NCBI GenBank assembly: GCA_000004985.1
Contig: GG738888.1
Reading direction: 5' to 3' (one strand)
Source of the DNA: Naegleria gruberi
Lineage: Eukaryota
Length of the DNA: 64,000 nucleotides
In this document: positions 57,136-64,000 of the stretch, in pieces
Layout of the letters: each line of letters opens with the position of its first letter
Numbering within the stretch: the first letter of the stretch is position 1
Translations under genes and position numbers: made by a program
The notes under the pieces: generated by a model
The model's database searches: none
What the model was told of the DNA's origin: nothing
What the model saw: only the letters and a program-made list of their open reading frames with translations

Positions 57136-57798
57136 TTAGCAGTGGTTCTTAATTTGGTCAATAATTTCTTGCTTCAATTCAGCAATGTATGGAAGATTTC
57201 TATATAATTCACCAAAGTCCAAACCGTATCCAACAACGAATTTTTCACCAATATCAAATCCAATAAAATCAGCATTGAAATTTTCAATCTTTCTCTTCTT
57301 CTTAGGGGCAGTCAACAAGACACAAGTCTTAATGGACTTGACACTTCTGGTTTGGAATAAACTGCTCAAGAAACTCAATGTATAACCAGTATCAATAATA
57401 TCTTCAATAATCAAAACATGTTTTCTGCACATTGATTTTCTAGTGTCCATGATAATCTTAACTTCACCACTTGAAGTAATACTGTCTTGATATGAGCTCA
57501 ATGCAATGAAATCAGTTGTAACTGGAACACCTATTTAATTACAATAATACAATTTGAATGATTGAAATAATTAATAAGATTGCACTGACAAATCACTAAA
57601 CTTACCAATATGTCTACTCAAATCAGCAGCAAAAATGTATGAACCCTTCAAAACTGGAACCAAGATCAATGATTCACCTTCTTCCAAAATACTCTTGTAG
57701 TGTTCTGTGATTTGGTGAGCCAATTCCTTGACACGTTGTTGGAGTTGTTCTTCAGTGTACAAGATATTGTCACAAACGTTTGGTAATGGAAGAGTCAT
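57136..57798 (-). CDS. hprt: Hypoxanthine-guanine phosphoribosyltransferase in 2 exons: 57798..57606 and 57530..57136. The intron is 75 nt.
   Basis: PRPP-binding motif VLIIEDIIDTGYTL and VGYGLDFGELYRNLPYIAEL. A GTAAGT...AAATAG intron joins ORFs 57571..57879 and 57136..57501 in frame (G + GT). Confidence 0.8.
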
Positions 57799-58133
57799 TT
57801 CGGAATTAATGTTGTTGTGTTGTTTTTTTAAATTGTATGGATTCAGTATAATCACCCTCTTTCTTCTAGGACAACACAAGACGAGGTACGTACCTCATCA
57901 CAATTACCTTCATCTCTCCCTAATAATTGTAAGGCACTTTATCAGAGGTCTGTACTCGGTCTTTTTATGCCAAATGGTAACTATTACTATTTAACAACCT
58001 AAAAATGATTATTGGTTGTTTATGATTCTTCCAGTGTGTTCGGTATTATAGCTTTGAAGAAATTAGAGGATAATAGAAATTTTCATTGATGTTGCATAAA
58101 TCATAAACTAATGATTATATTTTATTGTTCTAT

Positions 58134-58557
58134 TTAGTTGAGAGCAGACTTGATGGCCAAGATGGAAACAGTCAAGAGGGAGAAAGCAAAGAGACCAGTG
58201 TAGTTCTTTGGTTCAGCTGGCTTGGCAGCTTCAGAAGCCAAAACCTTTTCTCTGATGATAGTCATGGAAACCTTTCCTTCGCTAATCTTCAAAGTCAATG
58301 GCTTGAATGGAGTACCTTGCTTGGCGTGAGCACCATCACAATACTAGCAATTATTAAATACATTGTTAAAAAGATGACGACATTATTCCATCATCATGGA
58401 ATAAAAAATTACTTACTGGCTTGGTGGCAGACAAACCACAAGTACACAAATACTATCATAGAAAAAATTGATGAAAATGATTAAAAACTTCCGTGATGGT
58501 AGTATGACATACCTTGGTTTCTTCGAATTCAGCAACAGGGACGACGTATTCAGACAT
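58134..58557 (-). CDS. CDGSH iron-sulfur domain (mitoNEET/CISD-like) protein of about 96 aa in 3 exons: 58557..58513, 58452..58417 (a 36-nt micro-exon) and 58343..58134. It has a C-terminal hydrophobic tail.
   Basis: Only the spliced product gives a complete C-x-C-x2-S-x3-P-x-CDGAH motif. The CTC half is on the micro-exon and the CDGAH half on exon 3. Introns carry GTATGT/GTAAGT and TGATAG/TGCTAG sites. The C-terminus is LFAFSLLTVSILAIKSALN. Confidence 0.55.
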
Positions 58558-58666
58558 TTTATTTTAAATTTTACAAACAATTTAAGGGAATGTTCAAGAG
58601 AGATTCTGGAGTTATTGGTGCAAAACGCCCGAAAAAAAATTGATCCAAAGAGAGTTTGTTATTTAA

Positions 58667-60186
58667 ATGAAAAGAAAGCCATTGAGTGAGGAAGATGATC
58701 AATCAGGAAAGAGAAGAAGATCACATTTACCTTACGTAGAAATATTCAAGGATGAAACATTACTTCAATTGATTGATAAATGTAAGCGTGATGAGGGTGC
58801 AAATAGAATATTGGAATGTAATAGGCACAAAATACTATTCGGTGATATGATTAAGGAGGTAAGGTGAATGAAACTTTAGAATTCTAAATGAAAAAGAAAA
58901 TGATCAGTATCGGAGAATCAATTGGAGCTATTGAGGATGTTGTCTGTACTATAGATCATTTCTTTGTTTTGACTTCAAAAGGTTTAGTTTACTCATATAA
59001 TAGAGGTAAGATGATAATGATAAATAATTATAATTATTTATAATTTGATTTAATAGATGGGAATAAATTGGAGGGAATCATAAATAGAGAGAATGAGGAA
59101 GTATCAAGTATCAGTTTGAACAAGTACAACTCAAGTTTAATATTGCTTTATTTCTCTAGTAATCATGGTCAACGAATTTTATGCAAGAGCATTTCGATTA
59201 GGTAAGATATTTGCGATAGAGTTTCATCCTATTTAAGGTATTTAATTAGTAATATTGTACAGTGTAAATATGAATTATGTGAGCAGCTACTAACAATGGA
59301 AGATTTGTCCTTTCCTAGTTTTGTAGAAATTGATAATTTTCATCAAGTTTTGCTTTCATTCACTGCTTCTAAGAAGTAAGTAAATTTAGTATGAGATATG
59401 ATTTTAACTCATAACAAGCTCTTACAAAGTTTGGGATATGAAAGATTATACTCTAAGATTTGAAATGACAGGGAAATTCATTCAAGATGTAAAATTAAGG
59501 TAAGTTTAAATTAGTCTTGTTCAATATTAATTTATCGGGAAATTGAAGTCCAATGGGAATATGCGTTAGATTTTTGGAAAACAAGAATGTTGTACCTTTG
59601 AAAATTGTAGATTATAACTCTGGAAATGAGATTTTCTCAATGAAACTCAAAACTAAGGACAGAGGAAAGCTAACATTTCTCGAATATTTTGGAAATCACT
59701 TGTTCTTCATGCAGGAGAGAAGGAAACTTACAGTTATTGATCTAAAAAAGAATAAGATTGTTGCCGTTCAAAAAAGCTTTGAGATACCAAAAACTTTCAT
59801 CTTTCTTCACAAGTGGGGGAAAATAATAGGTGTACAGGAATCTAAAGAGATGGCAATATGGGACTTGAAAGGTTCCTTAGAGATGGAGTAAGTTCGTAAT
59901 AATCAGTTATTCTTAAATTTTAAGATTGGAAGATCACCAAGTTGTTTCAGAAAATTCTTGTTGTTTCACAGTTACAAAAGATGAGAAAGTTATAATATCT
60001 CTCTGTACGGATTCAGCATGTAAACTTTCAATTCATGCATCAGATATCAAAACTGGATCTTTATTAACTAGTGTAGAATGTAGAGATTTCGATAACATAA
60101 CTTCAATTTCGTTTTGTGAAGATAGAAAGCAATTAGTGGTTGGAAATAAGGATGGAAAAATAGCAATTTATTCTTTGAAAAATTAA
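58667..60186 (+). CDS. F-box-like/WD40-type beta-propeller protein of about 417 aa in 7 exons: 58667..58858, 58897..59005, 59057..59201, 59250..59375, 59419..59499, 59549..59887 and 59925..60186.
   Basis: A chain of GTAAG(T/A/G) introns of 37-51 nt keeps one frame continuous through ORFs 59553..59891 and 59926..60186. Exon 1 is F-box-like (LPYVEIFKDETLLQLI). A second possible 3' site at 59235/36 is also in frame. Inclusion of exon 1 (38-nt intron) is the least certain step. Confidence 0.5.
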
Positions 60187-61431
60187 TTAATCTTCATGAA
60201 GTTGCTCCTCTTCTTCTCTTACAGACCTTCTTCTTGGTTGATAAGTAGGTGCTAACGAAATGAAGAACAGATAAACGACATGCACTAGCGTACCAATAAC
60301 TCCTCTTTCTACTGTAGCATTGTCCACATTATTTTCAATAGTTGTAGTTTCTTCTGTAGATTCCTCATTAAGTCTTGCTTGCTCCTCTCTTTCTCTTCTT
60401 TCTTGATCTCTGACAACACGTCTATGTATCACATTATTGAGATACTTTAAAAGTAAGATTGCAAAAAAGAATCCTAATGTACATAAAATCCAAGTTACCC
60501 ATCCTTCCTTTGCAAAAACTACTGTCGAAACCAATAAAACTTTTCCAAAAGTATAAATATAATCATATGCATTTTCTTGTGGTTGTGGATTTTCTTCTTG
60601 AATTAATCTTTGAGGTGCTGCTACATTTTGTTGTGGAATATTTTCTTGGGCTGCAGCAGGAACTTCACGTTGAAGTTCTTGATTCTCTGGAATATCCTCA
60701 ATAATTGGACCTTCCTCTTCTTGGGATAGTGGTTTGATTTGATCATTTGTTACTGTTGAATCTGTTTTGGTTTCAGTTGCTTGAGGTTTTGGTGTGGAAA
60801 CATTTGTACTGACAGTATTGAAAACATTTTGAGAAGGTTGGAAGGCACTTGCAGAAAATGGTGAAAGTGGTGTAGATGGAACTGTTGGCGAGAAAATGTT
60901 TGAATTAAAGTTAACCCCAGCAGGTGCTGATTGAACCAGCGTTGGAGAATTTGCTAATATTAATTGATTCATCATCATTTGAGTCATTAGCATTTGTTGT
61001 TGCAAAAGCAATTGTTTTTGAAGTAATAGATAGGAATTTGGAGTTGAAGGTGTTGATGGAGTGAGTGGAGTGGTTGGTGATTTCAACTCTGCTGTAGGCT
61101 CCGATGGTTTTGATGATGTTGCTGATGGTACTTCTGGTTGAGTTTTACACAAACCACCAATCAAGTGAATTGTTGGTGTTACAGAGGTATCAATCCTCTC
61201 CAAAACTTGAGAAAATGTTTGATCATTGGTTTGAATCTTTCCCGAGAAAATCATTTTACATTGACTAATATTTTCTATAATTCCTTTACCATTCAAAACT
61301 TCTTTAAGATGGAGAACAGTATCCGATTTGTTGATCATCATATTTGTATCACGTGTCCTATTATCCACATTTGTTCTAAAATTTACACTGATTTTATCGG
61401 ATGATAAAGTTTCCTTGTTGTTGGCGATCAT
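60187..61431 (-). CDS. Ubiquitin-like-domain membrane protein (HERP/Usa1-like).
   Basis: N-terminal UBL (TVLHLKEVLNGKGIIENISQCKMIFSGKIQTNDQTFSQV), a P/S/T-rich linker and a C-terminal TM hairpin (VLLVSTVVFAKEGWVTWILCTLGFFFAILLL). Confidence 0.5.
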   Translation of the reverse strand: MIANNKETLSSDKISVNFRTNVDNRTRDTNMMINKSDTVLHLKEVLNGKGIIENISQCKMIFSGKIQTNDQTFSQVLERIDTSVTPTIHLIGGLCKTQPEVPSATSSKPSEPTAELKSPTTPLTPSTPSTPNSYLLLQKQLLLQQQMLMTQMMMNQLILANSPTLVQSAPAGVNFNSNIFSPTVPSTPLSPFSASAFQPSQNVFNTVSTNVSTPKPQATETKTDSTVTNDQIKPLSQEEEGPIIEDIPENQELQREVPAAAQENIPQQNVAAPQRLIQEENPQPQENAYDYIYTFGKVLLVSTVVFAKEGWVTWILCTLGFFFAILLLKYLNNVIHRRVVRDQERREREEQARLNEESTEETTTIENNVDNATVERGVIGTLVHVVYLFFISLAPTYQPRRRSVREEEEQLHED

Positions 61432-61974
61432 TTTTTTTTCAATATTGTTACGGAATTTATTTTAGGAACACGTGTTTGATATTCTTGTAAGAAAATTGTT
61501 GCAACAGTCAAAATTATTACAATATAGTTTCAATGCAAGCCTTAATAAAACATTTATTAAATTCTTTCAAGAATGGTCAATTAGTTATATGCTAGCTTAA
61601 AAGAGTCGTTCATACAAAATTGTAATCGAATCCTATCCACTATAGCTGTAAAACATTTGAATGTGAGGAGTGAACTAAGAAGGTTTTTGTATGAATTGTC
61701 TCAATAACTTTCTCAAAAAAAGTCACAATCTGTTTCAATCTCCTTCGATCACACTCCTGAGTTAAAAATCCAAATCCTCTCCTGAGAAACATGTTTTGCT
61801 TTTGGTGTTGTAGCACAATGATATCTCTAGCAAAATATTCAAAAAAATCTAAGGAGCAGGCACATTCTACCTATAACCGAATGCAATAAGCTCAATCATC
61901 GGAGAATCAAATCTCGAGGGGAGGGATTTGACCATTTTTATTTTTGAATAAGCTCATCCATCATAAACAAAACA

Positions 61975-64000
61975 ATGAATAAAGAACCTCCACTGCCTGG
62001 GCAAGAGGGTGTTGATACATCTGGTCATTCAAAAGATTCAAAGGATCCAACGATGAATATTATTTCAAGTCAGCAACCACAACAATTAGAAGAAGGTCAT
62101 TATTTAATGACGAAGAATAATGAACCAATTAATGAAAATAGAGAGCATTCGACGAGAATAATCACATCCTCAACTATAGGTGATAGAAGCCATCTCTCAA
62201 TTAGAAAAGAAACACCACCATACAATGGTGATGAAAATTCCAATAATCACAACATCCGATACCCACAGGATGATTACCATCATAACAACACCACATCATC
62301 CAATTTAAGAGGGCCAGAAGAATACAAATTACCACCAATAACCACAAGAAACATTAGCCAACAAAATAATATCAACAATTCGGGAGAACTTGTTATTGAT
62401 GACGGAGAGAACAATGTAATGAATAAGATCATTACTAAAGAGAGCTGCTTCAATGAACAAGAGTCTACAATAACAGAGGTTTCCGTCAGAGAGTTGGATA
62501 ATAATAATAACAATTTGGAAGCCAATGATGATGATGAGCCAACCAATGCAGATGCTTCAATGATTGTTTGGTGTGATATGTGTAACAAAGGTTAGTATAA
62601 TTATAGAGTATTGAGCTTGAAATTAATCAACCATTCCTTTTGATAACTTTTACCATATTGTGATTAATGATTCTCTTTCTCAATTATAATTGAAAACACA
62701 CATAGAGGTTAAATCATGGAGGCATCACGAGAAGACCCGACTTCATCAATCCAATTTATGGAACAACAATAGAAAGAGAAGACCCTCTCCTCCCAGATTT
62801 AAGTTTATCAATGTGGTAAAATCATCTTCAACATTACCAAATACAACTGCTCCTACTACTACTAATGGTAATGCAAATGGTGGTGGTTCAATGACATCAA
62901 ATATTATGACCACAATTGAGAATGGTGGTAATTCAAATAGTGGTGGTTCAATGACGCCAAATCAATCACCTCCAAATCAAACAAATGCTTCCTCTCTATT
63001 GAATGCAAGCAGTGGTGTTAGCAACAATCAAAGCAACACTCCTCAAAATGGTTCAACGAGTATGATCATTTCACAATCCTCCTCTTCCTCATCGTCAAAT
63101 CTCTCATCAAATTATGCTCTTGGAAACAGCAATGGATACTATAGCTCCAAATCAGACATGTTAAATGGCAGCTCTGAGAATATTGATGAAGGTGAGTAAT
63201 ATTCTATCTCTGATTATTAGTTACTAAATTTTTACTTTATTAGCACGAGCTCAAAATAGTCACAAGAGAAATTTGACCGAATACCAAAGTCAACACAAGA
63301 ATTCTCTCAGTCCTATCAATACTATGAAGAAGAGTGAAAGTTTTTCAAGAAATACACCAAGCTCTTCAGATTCTTCCACAGATACGAAAGTCAACAGTAA
63401 TGGCAGAATTCATTCACCTCCAAGTCGTCCCTCCATGAATTATACAATGAATATTCAGCTCACAGATTCAAAGACAAGACATTTATTTCTCTCATCTAGC
63501 CCTGAAGAACAGCAGCAAATGTTTGCCAATTCAGAAAGGGGATATGCCTTCATGGAACAATTGAAAAAGTTGAGAAGTTCTAATGAAAATCTTCATGAAC
63601 AACTGAGTCAACAACACGGCATTAACATTAATTCAAATAATCAATGCTATTATCAACATGCACCTCAGCATTATTCAAATAATAACAATGAAACTCATCA
63701 CACTGGCTCGACTGATAATTTACAAAATCAATCTTTCAATAGACAGATCAATAATTATTCCTCCAACCAATATCATTCATACCAAATTGAGGATAGAAGA
63801 AGTACACCTGCAACAACAATTCCAAATTCTCAAAACAATTCTCAATCGTCAACCACCAATTATCATCATGTAAATAACAGCAGAAATCATTCAATGAACA
63901 TACCTTTGAGTGAACCTAAGAATCCAACTACTACTACAGATTGGATAGATATGACAAACCAAAAAAAACAAAAAAAAGAAACAAAATCCCAATTTCAATT
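61975..64000 (+). CDS. Low-complexity N/S-rich protein with a U1/matrin-type C2H2 zinc finger split by an intron, in at least 3 exons: 61975..62590, 62706..63191 and 63244..>64000. The 3' end is beyond the window.
   Basis: WCDMCNK | EVKSWRHHEKTRLH is reconstituted across the GTTAGT...CATAG intron (62591..62705). A second intron (GTGAGT...TTACTAA...TTATTAG, 63192..63243) opens a frame with no stop to the window end. Confidence 0.5.

Noticed and set aside
1-64000. tRNA, rRNA, CRISPR arrays, prokaryotic operons
   Set aside because: No GGTTCGANTCC-type T-loops or cloverleaf candidates were seen in the spacers. There is no rDNA-like conserved block and no short direct-repeat/spacer array. Genes have spliceosomal introns and eukaryotic promoter spacing, so a bacterial or phage interpretation is excluded.
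1-64000. Assignment to Dictyostelium discoideum specifically
   Set aside because: Codon bias and N/Q tracts fit, but the spacers here are about 25-35% GC and the introns are mostly 40-50 nt. D. discoideum spacers are about 10-15% GC and its introns are longer. The source is therefore more likely a different, less AT-biased dictyostelid or another amoebozoan. A fission-yeast-like fungus was also considered because of the TACTAAC branch motifs, but the pervasive poly-N/Q proteins and the NR2C2AP and SH3BGR genes argue against it.

Overview
This window is eukaryotic nuclear DNA, not prokaryotic. It is AT-rich, at roughly 30-35% GC, and gene-dense, with about 36 protein-coding genes on both strands. 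Many genes are interrupted by very short spliceosomal introns of 37-200 nt, mostly 40-52 nt, with GTAAGT/GTATGT 5' sites, [AT]-rich ..TAG/..CAG 3' sites and frequent TACTAAC/TACTAAT-like branch motifs. Proteins carry long N/Q/S/T homopolymer tracts and strongly favour AAT/CAA/TTA/GGT/AGA/CCA codons. Taken together this fits an amoebozoan, most plausibly a dictyostelid social amoeba. The intergenic regions are not AT-extreme enough for D. discoideum itself. The ORF track's first residue is often an alternative start codon (TTG/GTG), so I re-derived true ATGs and splice junctions by reading frames across GT..AG boundaries. Coordinates may be off by 1-2 nt in places because of hand counting.

Recognisable genes:
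- SPT5 transcription elongation factor, with KOW domains and a TPG-repeat CTR.
- NAD-isocitrate dehydrogenase alpha subunit, in 3 exons.
- HGPRT.
- A class-II cAMP phosphodiesterase carrying the HxHLDH motif.
- An equilibrative nucleoside transporter.
- The exon-junction protein Y14/RBM8A.
- A SKI3/TTC37-like TPR protein of about 1780 aa in 3 exons.
- UNC-50.
- An SH3BGR-like protein.
- NR2C2AP.
- A PQ-loop protein.
- A CDGSH iron-sulfur protein with a 36-nt micro-exon.
- RNase P/MRP subunits POP5-like and POP7/Rpp20-like.
- A RING membrane E3 ligase.
- A HERP-like UBL membrane protein.
- F-box/LRR and F-box-like/WD40 proteins.
- A C2 + B-box protein.
- Many low-complexity hypothetical proteins.

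No rRNA, tRNA, CRISPR array or intact mobile element was found.

Points worth a second look:
- A perfect E2F-type palindrome, TTTGGCGCCAAA, sits in the 98-bp gap between the SKI3 stop and a WD40 gene's start.
- A cluster of GC-rich palindromes lies at 6811-6899.
- The WD40 gene's N-terminal exons do not join in frame.
- A 1.9-kb stretch at 26930-28830 has no ORF.
- The CDGSH gene has a micro-exon and an unusual tail-anchored topology.
- Two RNase P protein-subunit genes lie within 11 kb of each other.
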